64,000 nt of DNA from an uncultured delta proteobacterium (GTDB lineage Bacteria; Desulfobacterota; Binatia; UBA9968), in the NCBI GenBank assembly GCA_963737905.1, contig CAVTUQ010000030.1, positions 42,250 to 106,249 on the forward strand. The letters are read 5' to 3'. A program made the position numbers and the translations under genes. How positions within the stretch are numbered: the stretch's first letter is position 1; each line of letters begins with the position of its first letter. The notes below the pieces were generated by a model, which made no database searches, had not been told where the DNA came from, and worked only from the letters and a program-made list of their open reading frames with translations. Below, piece after piece: positions 31,020 through 41,572 of this stretch.

Positions 31020-32792
31020 TTAATCTTCGACCCGCATCGGGAGCGCGCAAACTACGACCGTGCCACCTGTGGGATTTTTCTGAATATCCAGCGATGCACC
31101 AATCATATTGGCGCGATAATTCATCGTACGGATTCCCATGCCTTCTTTGTTTCCAGGCCGATCCGTGAATCCCGATCCATCGTCTTGGATACTGATTAGA
31201 ACTTGATCCCGGCGGTGCGACAGACCGATGACTATTCGCCGGGACTGGCCATGTTTGATAGCGTTCGTTACAGCTTCTTGAGCGATTCGATAGAGGTGGG
31301 TTGCCACATCAATGTCGCGAATCGAAACTTCCTCATCCACTTTGAAATGACACGAGATATGAAAAAGCTCTTCGACTTCGGTTGCTAGGTGTTGGAGTGC
31401 CGACGTTAACCCCTTCGACCCCGATGGAACCGGAAGCAACCCTCTCGCTAGTTCGCGGGTCTGATTAATGGCTTCGTTGACCAGCCGCGCTATCTTACCG
31501 GCATCGCAGGCATCCGGGACTGACTTTTCAATCAGCTTGCGTTCCAATACCTTGCTCAGGAAAGCGACACCCGTCAGATGTTGCCCAAGGCCGTCATGCA
31601 GGTCCTGTGCGATACGACCTTTCTCCTTCTCGCTGATGTCCAGGATCGACTTCTCCAGCCGTTTGCGCTCGATCATCTCGCTTCTCAAAGTCTCGTTGGT
31701 AATCGCCAATTGAGCGGTGCGTTCCTGAACGCGGATCTCCAATTCATGACGCGCCCTGACCAGGGCGTCTTGGATACGCTTGCGCTCCGTAATATCCGTG
31801 ATCGAGGCCAAGACCTGCATCTCGTTGACCGTGCCGATCGGATTCAGCCCAATCTCCACCGGGAACTCACTCCCATCCTTACGAAGACCGTAAAGATCGC
31901 GGCCCGCCCCCATCGGCCGGACCATGGGCTTAGCGAAAAACTCGCTGAGCTGGCGGAAATGCTGACCGCGAAACCGTTCGGGCACCAGCATCTCCACCGG
32001 GTGGCCCAGTAACTCTTCCCTCATATAGCCGAAAATGATTTCCATCTGGGAATTCGCCATCAAAATCGTGCCATCGCGTCCGACCGTGATCATCCCATTG
32101 GGAGCTCCTTCGACCGCGACGCGAAATTGCTCTTCGCTCTGGCGCAACGCTGCTTCGGCCCGCGCCCGTTCGGCGATTTCCGCTTGTAGCAGAGTGTTGG
32201 CGGCTGCAAGTTCTCTAGTCCGCTGCTCGACTCGATTTTCCAATTCGTCGTGGGCCTCTTGCAGTTCCGCCTCGACGTGTTTGAGATCGGTGATATCAAA
32301 GGCAATGCCATGAACGAACCAGGGCCGACCCTCCTCAGTTCGGACCATCTTGACGTCACAATGGAACCAAACGGTGTGTCCGTCCCGCGCGATGATCCGA
32401 TACACGGATCGCAAAGGTTCACCCGAGAGCACCATCTGGGCAGCCTCGAGGTTCCAACGCTCTTTATCATCAGGGTGGATCTGCCGATACCATCGGATGG
32501 GATCGTCAAGCCACTCGTCCTGCGAGAATCCAAGCGCGGCCTCAATATAGGGACTGACGTAGGCCTCGCTGATCCCTCGATCAAGAAAAATCATGAAGAC
32601 GACGGCGGGGACTTGTTCGGTTAAGGTGCGGTACCTGGCTTCGATGTCTGGCAAGGGTCGATGATCTTCTTGGATCCCCCCTTCGCCGTTTTTGAATGGT
32701 TTGGCACTTGCCTCGAAAAAGACTCCGGCGAGGCCCTGGATGATACTTTCCGCTTCCTTCAGACTCAGTGGCGTTTCAGCAACCTGGCTCAC
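31020..32792 (-). CDS. Cytoplasmic double-PAS sensor histidine kinase (HisKA_3 class)
   Basis: PAS IHPDDKE...DITD, second PAS LVPERFR..GLRKDG..DITE, H-box RIAQDLHDGLGQ, EAVTNAIKH, DDGSG. No TM segment. Confidence 0.93.
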   Translation of the reverse strand: MSQVAETPLSLKEAESIIQGLAGVFFEASAKPFKNGEGGIQEDHRPLPDIEARYRTLTEQVPAVVFMIFLDRGISEAYVSPYIEAALGFSQDEWLDDPIRWYRQIHPDDKERWNLEAAQMVLSGEPLRSVYRIIARDGHTVWFHCDVKMVRTEEGRPWFVHGIAFDITDLKHVEAELQEAHDELENRVEQRTRELAAANTLLQAEIAERARAEAALRQSEEQFRVAVEGAPNGMITVGRDGTILMANSQMEIIFGYMREELLGHPVEMLVPERFRGQHFRQLSEFFAKPMVRPMGAGRDLYGLRKDGSEFPVEIGLNPIGTVNEMQVLASITDITERKRIQDALVRARHELEIRVQERTAQLAITNETLRSEMIERKRLEKSILDISEKEKGRIAQDLHDGLGQHLTGVAFLSKVLERKLIEKSVPDACDAGKIARLVNEAINQTRELARGLLPVPSGSKGLTSALQHLATEVEELFHISCHFKVDEEVSIRDIDVATHLYRIAQEAVTNAIKHGQSRRIVIGLSHRRDQVLISIQDDGSGFTDRPGNKEGMGIRTMNYRANMIGASLDIQKNPTGGTVVVCALPMRVED

Positions 32793-32837
32793 ATTAGTTC
32801 ATCCAATCGGACGTTCAACGTTCACGGTTATAAGGAT

Positions 32838-33935
32838 TCAACTTGGACGAGACCGCTTGTCCCTTTCAACTTTAAACCTGGAACTTTGAACCTCGTTGGG
32901 TCGAGTCGTCGGATGCCGCCATTCGGGTTCTTTATTTAAGGACGCCTGGGTAAAACTGCGCAGGGCGCGAATCGTCTTTCCGTAGGTCATAACCGCGGTC
33001 GTTGAAAGAATCGATCCCGGAGGTTGATTCATAAATGGCATGAACTTGTCCGGGAATCCCGGCATCGTGCAGCCGATGCAGATGCCCCCTACGTTGGGAC
33101 AGCCCCCTATTCCCGATATCCAACCTCGCTTGCCAACATTGCACTGAACCACCGGCCCCCAGCATCCCAGTTTGACGATGCACTGGCGCGAGCCGTACTC
33201 GTCCGTGAACTCGGCTTGCTCATAATATCCGCCGCGATCGCAACCTTCATGAACGGTCTGGCTAAAAAGCCAAGTAGGCCGCAGGGCTTCGTCGAGGGGA
33301 ATCATGGGTGCGCTACCGGCGGCTTGATACAATAGATAGAGCAAAGTCTCCATGAAATTGTCCGGCTGAACCGGGCAACCGGGCACACACACGATGGGAA
33401 TACCGGAGTTCGATTTCCATTGCCAGCCCAGGTAATCCGCCAGTCCCATGGCACCGGTCGGATTTCCCTCCATCGCATGGATGCCGCCATAGGTAGCGCA
33501 TGTCCCGGCCGCAATCACCGCCCACGCATTGGGCGTGAGCCGATCAATCCACTCACAAGTCGTGATCGGCTGGCCAGTTGCTTTGTCGGTTCCTAATGCA
33601 GCCCAATAACCTTCTTCTTTGATCTTTTCGTTGGGAATGGATCCCTCAACGACCAGGATGAAAGGGGCAAGCTTACCTTCGGCGGCGCGATGAAAGGGTT
33701 GCAGGAAGTTCTCCCCGTTTTCACAAGAGAGAAAGGGATTATGAAAATTGACTTTGGGAATACCGGGGAGAGCTCCGAGTAAAATGTCTTCCAGGCTCGG
33801 CTGCGTCGCGGCGGTGATGGCAATGGTATCCCCGTCACACCCGAGACCGGCCGTAATCCATAGAATATCGATCTCCCGGATCGGCTCGGAAGTTGAGGAA
33901 AGGCTGTGATTTTTGACGCTCTGATCCTCAGTCAT
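32838..33935 (-). CDS. [NiFe]-hydrogenase small-subunit homolog, group 1h (HhyS)-like, no large subunit nearby
   Basis: ILWITAGLGCDGD, VVEGSIP, GTCATYGGI, PGCPVQPD, VHEGCDR, CIVKLGCWGP, QCN, GCPNVGGICIGC. No Tat signal. ATG at 33935 overlaps the upstream stop. Confidence 0.9.
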   Translation of the reverse strand: MTEDQSVKNHSLSSTSEPIREIDILWITAGLGCDGDTIAITAATQPSLEDILLGALPGIPKVNFHNPFLSCENGENFLQPFHRAAEGKLAPFILVVEGSIPNEKIKEEGYWAALGTDKATGQPITTCEWIDRLTPNAWAVIAAGTCATYGGIHAMEGNPTGAMGLADYLGWQWKSNSGIPIVCVPGCPVQPDNFMETLLYLLYQAAGSAPMIPLDEALRPTWLFSQTVHEGCDRGGYYEQAEFTDEYGSRQCIVKLGCWGPVVQCNVGKRGWISGIGGCPNVGGICIGCTMPGFPDKFMPFMNQPPGSILSTTAVMTYGKTIRALRSFTQASLNKEPEWRHPTTRPNEVQSSRFKVERDKRSRPS

Positions 33936-34761
33936 TCGCGTGCAGAGCAAACGTCGCGGAATCCTCGTTGGTAATCTGCAGGCGAAACCCGCTAGGCTCC
34001 CTAAAATAAGTGCCCAACTGTTCCGGCCGCCTTCCTTCGCGCTCGCCGTGGTCGTCGTGCTCGTCAATTCCCGCGCGGTGGAGTTTGTCGACGATTGCGT
34101 GAAAGTTATCGTCGGTCACGGTAAAGGCGAAATGGCGCCCTCGATAGGTCGTTTTCGTAACTTCGCTGAGCTCGTCGACCTGGTTGAGAACGACACACTG
34201 ATCCGAGGGAACTCCGATGACGGCCATGCCGTCTTTCTGCTCCACCAAAGCGAAATTCAAGAGGCTCTTGTAGAAACTGACGCTGGCCTCTAGGTCAGTG
34301 GTGTCAAAATGCAGGTGATGAAGCCGGGTCTTGCTGATTCCTTTGGCCCCGGCGATTTCCAGAAAGTTACCCTCGGAGTCCTGGAAGACCAATCCTTCGT
34401 TCCAACAACAACCCAATCTCTTTTCGTTTTTTATCTCTTTCACAAAGGGACTCGCGCGGCGGATTTTTTCCGCCATCGGTTCAAATTCATTTTCGGGAAC
34501 GATAAAGGAATGCCGTGGGTAAGAAGCAGCGCTCTCGCGCTTGGGCAAGATAGTCTTTCCCTGAGAAAACAATCCGACATGGTTTTCCCCCAATTTCATG
34601 AATACGCGGTTCATGTTCGGACTGTCGAACCGCTTCAGAGTTCTCGCCCCGAGAATCTCCGTGTAAAACTTCTCGGCCCGGTCCGCATCCATCACTGCCA
34701 CGACAAAATGGTCCAAGTGCCGGACATCCCCTTTGGTCTTCGCTTCAGTGCCCATGTTCAA
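33928..34761 (-). CDS. Two-domain VOC (glyoxalase/dioxygenase-fold) protein
   Basis: LDHFVVAV..AEKFYTEILG, DSEGNFLEI, LHHLHF..SVSFY, HFAF, EPSGFRLQI. Confidence 0.85.
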   Translation of the reverse strand: MNMGTEAKTKGDVRHLDHFVVAVMDADRAEKFYTEILGARTLKRFDSPNMNRVFMKLGENHVGLFSQGKTILPKRESAASYPRHSFIVPENEFEPMAEKIRRASPFVKEIKNEKRLGCCWNEGLVFQDSEGNFLEIAGAKGISKTRLHHLHFDTTDLEASVSFYKSLLNFALVEQKDGMAVIGVPSDQCVVLNQVDELSEVTKTTYRGRHFAFTVTDDNFHAIVDKLHRAGIDEHDDHGEREGRRPEQLGTYFREPSGFRLQITNEDSATFALHAND

Positions 34762-34983
34762 GTCCTCCTTTTCTCTTTGTCTGTGATTATTCTGGTTTTC
34801 TGCTACGGAGACATTTCGAGGTTCGCAGAGGTCGGAGAATTTTTAATTAAGAACTCCTTACTTCGTTCGGGCCTGACACGTCGCCTTAACGGTGCAATTC
34901 CGAGCCGCGATTCGAGGAATCTTTCTGATGTTCAGCGGCCAAGCTCAGATTCTAGCTCCCGATGGAGCTCGTGAGGGGAATCC

Positions 34984-36060
34984 TTATTCTGACGAACTAT
35001 CAGGAAACACGACCATCTTTTCCTTGGGGAAGGAAATAGAAACTTTTCCCTCCGGTCTATTACCGTCCGGCATGGCCTTGGCCGTCAATACTGAATTCTT
35101 AATCTTCATTTCGAAGATCACTTGATCCCCGACGAACGTGGAACTTGAAACTGTCGCCGCGAATCGATTACTTGAACCGTCCGCGAAATCAATCTTCATA
35201 TCTTCCGGCCTGATTCCTACAACGACGTTTCGGTTTGTCTCCCCACAGAAATCGACTTCGATCCTGCCGATCTCCGTCTCTACGCAATGTTTATCAAGGA
35301 CTGTGCCGTGAAGCCAGTTCATCGAGCCGAAGAATTCGGCCACCTGAGGGCTCTTCGGGTCACGGTAAAGCTCGTAAGGATTCCCCACCTGTAAGAGTTC
35401 TCCATGCGCCATGACCGCAATACGATGCGCCAGCACCATGGCTTCCACTTGATCATGGGTCACGTAGAGAACAGTGATTCCCAGCTCGCTGACCAGTTTC
35501 TTGATCTTCGTGCGCACCTCTTCTCTGAGCCGCGCATCGAGATTGCTCAGCGGTTCGTCCATGAGGAGCAGCTTGGGATTAATCGCCAATGCCCGCGCCA
35601 GAGCGACCCGTTGCTGCTGGCCGCCGCTCAGCAGCCGGGCCGGCCGCTTCTCGAAGTCGTCAAGCTGCACCAGACGCAGGGCATGCCGGATCCGTTCTGT
35701 GGCCTCGTTTCGAGAAAGCCGCGCGGGACCATGGGTCAATACGAGTCCGATATTTTCGGCGACGGTCATGTGCGGCCAAATCGCGTAGGACTGAAAGACC
35801 ATACCGATCTGCCGCTCCTCCGGCGGGACATTGCTGCGCGGATTAACAGAAAAAACGGTTTTCCCATCGAGAATAATATTCCCTACGTCGGGTTTCTCCA
35901 GTCCTGCAATGCAGCGCATCAAGGTGGTCTTCCCCGAACCACTAGGCCCTAGAAGAACGAAGAACTCCTTTTTCCCGACTTGAAGATCGATGCCATTTAG
36001 GGCAGCCACCGTTTGTTCGCCCGACTTGAAGTTCTTGCGCAAACCGGAGACGGAAATCAT
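34984..36060 (-). CDS. ABC transporter ATP-binding protein (FbpC/PotA-like)
   Basis: GPSGSGKTT, LSGGQQQRVALAR, MDEPLSNLD, VTHDQ, C-terminal TOBE-like region. Confidence 0.93.
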   Translation of the reverse strand: MISVSGLRKNFKSGEQTVAALNGIDLQVGKKEFFVLLGPSGSGKTTLMRCIAGLEKPDVGNIILDGKTVFSVNPRSNVPPEERQIGMVFQSYAIWPHMTVAENIGLVLTHGPARLSRNEATERIRHALRLVQLDDFEKRPARLLSGGQQQRVALARALAINPKLLLMDEPLSNLDARLREEVRTKIKKLVSELGITVLYVTHDQVEAMVLAHRIAVMAHGELLQVGNPYELYRDPKSPQVAEFFGSMNWLHGTVLDKHCVETEIGRIEVDFCGETNRNVVVGIRPEDMKIDFADGSSNRFAATVSSSTFVGDQVIFEMKIKNSVLTAKAMPDGNRPEGKVSISFPKEKMVVFPDSSSE

Positions 36061-37757
36061 AGCGCTTCTTCCAAACGGCTCCGTCGGCCCACCGTCAAAT
36101 ACAGCAAGACCAGAGGCAACATGAAAAGGAGGATCACCAGATTGGCCGCCGCGGCCTGATTGAGGCTACCTCCCAGCCACAATCCCCAAACGATCATCGG
36201 CAATGTGACGTTATTCTGGTTAGTGACCAAAACCGAGGCCATGGTCAACTCGCGATAACAAAGCAAAGCCATCCACAGCCAGGCGTATACCAAAGCCGGC
36301 TTGAGCAACGGCAGCAGTATCTTGCGCATCACCTGCAACACCCGCAGCCCCCCGGCAAAGGCGGCTTCTTCAAGCTCGGGGTGGATCTGTGCCAGGGAGT
36401 TGTTGATGATGCGCGTCGCGAAGCTGATACGGCTTATGGTGTAAACCAAAACCAGGATCGATAGGGTGCCGTAAAGGGGCAGAATGCCGCGCAACAGAAA
36501 AAGTGCTACAAACACGGCGGCGATCGCCAAGATGATGCTGGGCACGGCATGGGGCAGAAAGGCCAGCGCATCAAACACGATCCGCCACTTTAAGTCCGAT
36601 CGAAGAATCACCCAGGATATCGCCAAACAAAGAACTAATGTCAGGCTTGGCACCGCCAACATCAAAAGCAAGGTGTTTCGGGCGCCGGTCAACAAGAGAT
36701 CCCACGGCAGCCCATAAAAGTTGCGCAGCGATACCTGGCTTAACGCCGCCCAGGACGGCGGTTGAAAGTAACTCAACAGCGCAGCCCAGGCGAGGAGAAA
36801 AAGCGGCAAAAGTTTGGCTACGAGAAAAAAGAACCCAAGAAAAATCCACGCATAAAACCGTCCGCGCCTTCCAAGCTCGACGAGCTTTGGGCGATAGGCG
36901 CGGCCGGTAACGACAGCGTAACGAGAAGAGAAACGGAGCACTTTGAAATACCACCAGCTGAGCAAGAGCGCCAACACGACGAGCAAGCTGCTGACCGCTC
37001 CGGCGACGCCGTAATTAGGCAATTCCTCCAGCGGCTGCATTTTGTAGAAGATGAAAGTCGAGAAGGTAAAAATCTTGTTCGACATACCGATGATTGCCGG
37101 GACTTCGAAAGCCGAGAGCCCGATAGTGAAAATATAAATGGCCGCCGCCAGAATGCCGGGAAAGGTCAGCGGCAAGGTGATGTAGCGCAGGGTCTGCGCC
37201 ATTTTCAGACCGTGGACTCTTCCGGCTTCTTCCAGGGACGGATCCATGGTGCGATAGGTCGCCACGATCATGATAAATGCTATAGAGGATAGGCCGAGTC
37301 CTTCAACCCAGCCCATGCCGACGATCGACGCAATGTTAAATGGACCCTGCGCCAGGCCGAAGGCATCGACAAAGATCCGGTTCACCACGCCGATGCGTGG
37401 ATGCAACAGAAATACCCAACCCATGGCTGTAAAAAAAGTCGGGACCAACGCGCCCACCGCCATGAGCGTGAAAACCCATTCCTTTCCCGGCAGGTCAGTT
37501 CGTTCCACCAACCACGCGATAGGAATGGCGAAAAACAGAGAAATCGCCACCGTCGTTGATGCGAATCCCAGGGTATTGAGCAGTGTCTTAAAGGTAAAAG
37601 AATCGGTGAGGATATTGCGGTAGTGATTGAGCGTGTAAACCACAGGCTCGCCCGGCCCGCTTTGCCAGAAGCCCATCCAAAAGATCACCAGCAGGAGCCC
37701 GATCACGGGCAGCAGCGCTGCCGCCGACACTCCCACGAGCAACCAACGACCCTTCAC
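36057..37757 (-). CDS. ABC transporter permease, duplicated domain (FbpB-like)
   Basis: Many TM segments and two EAA loops (LEEAGRVHG, LEEAAFAGG). Confidence 0.92.
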   Translation of the reverse strand: MKGRWLLVGVSAAALLPVIGLLLVIFWMGFWQSGPGEPVVYTLNHYRNILTDSFTFKTLLNTLGFASTTVAISLFFAIPIAWLVERTDLPGKEWVFTLMAVGALVPTFFTAMGWVFLLHPRIGVVNRIFVDAFGLAQGPFNIASIVGMGWVEGLGLSSIAFIMIVATYRTMDPSLEEAGRVHGLKMAQTLRYITLPLTFPGILAAAIYIFTIGLSAFEVPAIIGMSNKIFTFSTFIFYKMQPLEELPNYGVAGAVSSLLVVLALLLSWWYFKVLRFSSRYAVVTGRAYRPKLVELGRRGRFYAWIFLGFFFLVAKLLPLFLLAWAALLSYFQPPSWAALSQVSLRNFYGLPWDLLLTGARNTLLLMLAVPSLTLVLCLAISWVILRSDLKWRIVFDALAFLPHAVPSIILAIAAVFVALFLLRGILPLYGTLSILVLVYTISRISFATRIINNSLAQIHPELEEAAFAGGLRVLQVMRKILLPLLKPALVYAWLWMALLCYRELTMASVLVTNQNNVTLPMIVWGLWLGGSLNQAAAANLVILLFMLPLVLLYLTVGRRSRLEEAL

Positions 37758-37759
37758 GG

Positions 37760-38828
37760 CTATTTCCCCATCAGGATATCTTGAAACTTCTGGCGTACCC
37801 GACTCTGGTTCTCGCGGTTTTTTACGACCTCGGAGACAGGGTTGGCAAAGAATTTAACCCCCTGGCGCTCCTGCTCTTTGACGAATTTGTTCATGTAAGT
37901 TCCTTCGACAAAGTGAGAACTCGTCTTCTCCGTTTGCCACAGAATATCCTGCCCGTCCTTGCTGAGCAGCAGGCCGGCCAGAAGCGCCGCTGCGTTGGGA
38001 TGGGCGGAGTTCGTTGGCACCGTGAGATACCAGTAGGAAAGAATACCGGCGTCCTTAAAGATTCTGCCGTTTACCGGCGCCCCTTTCTGATGCATTTCAT
38101 TGGCGTCCGCGAGATCACAGTTGAAAACCAACATGGCAAACTCGCCGTTGGCGACGCGCTCTTCCTCGCCGCAGCGGATCAGTCCTGAGACCTGTTTGAC
38201 GAATTTCTGGAGAAAAGCCGTGGTTTTCTCTTCGCCCCATATCAGCGCCAGGCGGTCAAAGGATGCCGCATAGGGAGTCGAAGCGATTTTTCCCTTCCAC
38301 TTGGGGTTGAGCACGTCCTCGACTTTCTGTGGAACTTCGCTGGCGGCGACGAGATTGGTATTATAAGTAAACCCCGGCGTACGCGAGACCACGACAAGCA
38401 CCCGGTCGTCCCAGTCTGTCATCTCGCGCGTGATATGGGGAAACGCTTTGGTCCATTCGAATTTCTTCAGCGACATCCGCACGACGTGATTCTCCGAGCC
38501 GATAAAGAGATCGCTGGAGGCGGCCTGCCCGGCCTTCGCCTCTTGAATGATCCGGCTGGCAAATTGCGGCATCGCGGGGCCAGGGGTGAATCTAAATTGC
38601 ACATTCAAGCCGTAGGCTTTGGCGAAAGCTTTTTCCATTGCCCGCGCGCCCTCGATCCCGCCCATGGTCCCGGTGCCCCAGCTGAGCGTGAGACTACCTT
38701 CCTTCTTAGCCCCCTCGATGAGTTGTGGCAGAGTCTGGGCGAAAGCTGTTACGCGGGAGTGACTACCAATGCCCACAATCAAACTCAGCGAGCACTAGCG
38801 AAAATCTAGATCCGTTGAATCTGCGCAT
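37760..38828 (-). CDS. Extracellular solute-binding protein (Fe3+-type); signal peptide frameshifted near 38790
   Basis: AKKEG, YNTNLV..PQKVEDVLNPKWKGKI, AHPNAA. Confidence 0.82.
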
Positions 38829-38924
38829 TCATAGTCCGCTCCTCTGACTTTGAACCTTGAACTTTGAACGTTGAACCCTCGTTGCGAACGGCTTGAACGT
38901 TTTGAACGACTTGAACAGCGCAAG

Positions 38925-39887
38925 CTAGAGGTCCATCCGTTTTCCCAGGCCTCGACGCACCGCTTCCTCGTAGAGCCAGGCGGCGAAAATCATGTCTCCG
39001 TAGCCGCCCTGCGATTCTCTAAAGATGTTGATCTCATCGCCATCCGCGCGGCCAACCACGCGGCCGGTGACCAATTCTCCCAACTCGGGAATCCGACTCC
39101 AGGAAAGCTTGCCTTCAGCCGTCAACTCTACGAGAGGAAGCGCCGCAGAGCGGTCGTTATAGTTTCGTTCTTGCTCCTGACTCCCCACGACAATTCGACT
39201 AGCCTTAAGAAGCAGGCCACGGCTCAACTCAGTGGGTTTCCCCATGCTGCTCACATGAGTACCGGGCTCGACCCAGCTTTCCGGAAATATCGGACTCAAC
39301 GAATTGGTCGCCGTCAGGATAACATCCATGCCACGCACGGACTGTTCAGGATTGTCGACCCCCCGAACGGTTATGCCGAGCAGCTGCGCCGCCTCGTCGC
39401 AGAATTTTTGCCGCCGCACGGGATCGCGGCTGGAAACGGAAATTTCTTTGATGCCGCGAACAGTAAGCAGAGCCTTGAGAATGCCCAACGCGTTTCGCCC
39501 GACGCCGAACAAGCCCAAGCGTTGAGAATCTTCACGCGCCATATGCTTCGCCGCGATCGCCACGACTCCGGCGGTTCTCAAGGTTCCGAACGGAAAACCC
39601 ATGAAAGAGAGCAGCTCGCCGGATTCCGTATCAAAAAGCAGCGCGTACATCATGTCGCCACCGCCCAAACCACTATTCGGGCCCAGTCTGACTCCGACGC
39701 GCCGCGATTCCAAAGCGGCGCCTGAAACCACCCGCAGGCCACTGTGGGCACCGACCGGAATATGGTACGGCGCGTGCGGAACTATCTTCCCCTGCGCTTG
39801 CTGCCGGTGAACCTCTTCGATCAGCTCGATCGCTTTCTTGAGATCGAGCAAGGGTCGAAGCTCATCGCGGCTGAGTATTAGCGGCAT
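38925..39887 (-). CDS. Ornithine cyclodeaminase / mu-crystallin family protein
   Basis: TLRTAG, GLFGVGRNA, ILTATNS, PGTHVS, ESQGGYGD. Confidence 0.88.
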   Translation of the reverse strand: MPLILSRDELRPLLDLKKAIELIEEVHRQQAQGKIVPHAPYHIPVGAHSGLRVVSGAALESRRVGVRLGPNSGLGGGDMMYALLFDTESGELLSFMGFPFGTLRTAGVVAIAAKHMAREDSQRLGLFGVGRNALGILKALLTVRGIKEISVSSRDPVRRQKFCDEAAQLLGITVRGVDNPEQSVRGMDVILTATNSLSPIFPESWVEPGTHVSSMGKPTELSRGLLLKASRIVVGSQEQERNYNDRSAALPLVELTAEGKLSWSRIPELGELVTGRVVGRADGDEINIFRESQGGYGDMIFAAWLYEEAVRRGLGKRMDL

Positions 39888-39988
39888 CTTTAGCTCCGGC
39901 TGGCGCCCGCATTTCTCTCGACCTTGAACCTTGAATCATTGAATGACCTCAAGGGTTTAAGCAACGATTTCAACTTTTTGAACGTTCT

Positions 39989-41209
39989 TCAGTCCCCCGC
40001 CACTACCAGATCGTGGGGCCGCTTGCCCAGCCGTCGTCCGCCGTTCTTCGTTATCACCACGGTGTCGCCCCACGTGCAGATGTACTGGTTATCCGCGGTA
40101 ATCGCCGAGGGCTTGCAAATAAAAACCATATTTTCGCGCAGCGCGACGCCTAGCTCCTTTGCACTGTGGGCGTGAGCAGTAATGATCGGACCGTCGTCGC
40201 CGGCGCCGCGGCCATGCATGTTGAGATCCGCCTTCGCCCCAGCGGCCGGGCCCGACTTCGGCGCGGCCTTTTGTCCGGTTTGAAGCGTCAGCTCAGCCAG
40301 ATCACCGACGGTAACACCAGGCTTCAGGTTCTCGAGAACCCGATTGAATACTTCTCTTTGCACTTTGATCAGCTCGGCATGCACGGGATCGATCTCCTCG
40401 ACAAATACCGGCTGCACGCCTTGCGAGCGATAACCCATCCATGACGCTTCCGTCTCATTGATAATCAAATCACCGCGCTCCAAGATACGCATGCTGGGGC
40501 GGGTCAACGTGCGCCGCGGATTTTTTCCGGACACCCAGTTGAAGTGCACCGGCATCTCGGAGCCGTTGCGCATGAGGGCGTATTGGTTCGCCGCCCAGAC
40601 ATCCCAATCTTTCACACCCGGCCGCGCTGCTTCGATCTCGGCTTCAAACGCAAGCTCGATGATCTCCATTGATTTGCTCAGCGCATCCAGCTCTTCCTGG
40701 CTTTTGATGTAGCGGACTTCTGTAAGCAGCGAAGTCGTATCGATCAACTCGGCATTGGGAAAGGCTTCGCGGATTTGTTTCCACGTACCATAGAAAATAG
40801 TTCCTTCCGGCGTCCGCGTTCCCTCGACTTCTCCCAGACCGGTGATGCCGATCCGGCCGCGCTCGATGTTCAGTTCTTTCAGCCGCTGCACGATGATGCG
40901 ACCGTAGTTCCGTCTCGCCTCGCGCACATCGTCGGTCCAATCCTGCACTGTCGGCCAGCGTGGCGCCGCTGAAGTCGCGATGGCAGTAACTTCACCTTCC
41001 AGAGGAAATACGGCCGCGACGTCGGCATCTCCGCCCCCGCCCACGTGGGTGAGATAGCGGGAGTTGGCCTGGTAGTCCGTCGAATGACCGCTGTTTTGCG
41101 GGGTGACGATGACGTCCAATCGTTGTTGCCGCATCAGCTCGCGCACCGCCTTCCACCGTCGATCTCGCTCGGCTAATGAAAACCGGGGATAAGGATACAG
41201 TTCAGCCAT
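39989..41209 (-). CDS. M24 (creatinase/Xaa-Pro) family hydrolase with non-canonical metal ligands
   Basis: Creatinase N-domain (SRYLT), RYIKSQEE, HGRG, FICKP, GDTVVIT..GGRRL. Confidence 0.85.
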   Translation of the reverse strand: MAELYPYPRFSLAERDRRWKAVRELMRQQRLDVIVTPQNSGHSTDYQANSRYLTHVGGGGDADVAAVFPLEGEVTAIATSAAPRWPTVQDWTDDVREARRNYGRIIVQRLKELNIERGRIGITGLGEVEGTRTPEGTIFYGTWKQIREAFPNAELIDTTSLLTEVRYIKSQEELDALSKSMEIIELAFEAEIEAARPGVKDWDVWAANQYALMRNGSEMPVHFNWVSGKNPRRTLTRPSMRILERGDLIINETEASWMGYRSQGVQPVFVEEIDPVHAELIKVQREVFNRVLENLKPGVTVGDLAELTLQTGQKAAPKSGPAAGAKADLNMHGRGAGDDGPIITAHAHSAKELGVALRENMVFICKPSAITADNQYICTWGDTVVITKNGGRRLGKRPHDLVVAGD

Positions 41210-41324
41210 AAATACGACTCCGCTTTGCGGTTACTTCAGTTGATTTCTACGACTACAACCGCCCGTGCACGGCCAGTAAGTATCACCAAAGGGATTGGGA
41301 AGCTAGGGTACTGGAAAGGGTGAA

Positions 41325-41530
41325 ATGAATCACCCCGCAGCAAGCTGCCGGGGTATCAGAACGTAGCGATGAGAATTTATCCCAAGGGCGTCACCCCCGA
41401 ATGTCTTAATCGGGGTCCAGTCAGAGTTTCGTCTGGATTCCCGCTAAGAGCATGCGGGAATGACCGACTTGAGAGGACAGGAATTGCATTACACAGCAAG
41501 GTGCGGGGAATGGACCCCAAAAAGATTGAA
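41325..41530. mobile_element. ~200 bp composite MITE-like element, copy 1
   Basis: ccccgcagcaagctgccgggg end hairpin, internal gtcacccccg..cggggtccag and ctggattcccgc..gcgggaatgac hairpins. Collinear with 58645-58840. Confidence 0.7.
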
Positions 41531-41572
41531 TTGCTGGACGCCCATCCAAGATGAGCGGGCAAGCGCTTCTCG

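Noticed and set aside
33936-34067. N-terminal extension of the hydrogenase small subunit ORF containing RR pairs (possible Tat)
   Set aside because: It overlaps the VOC gene by ~140 bp and lacks a Tat consensus. ATG 33935 with the stop/start overlap is the more plausible start.
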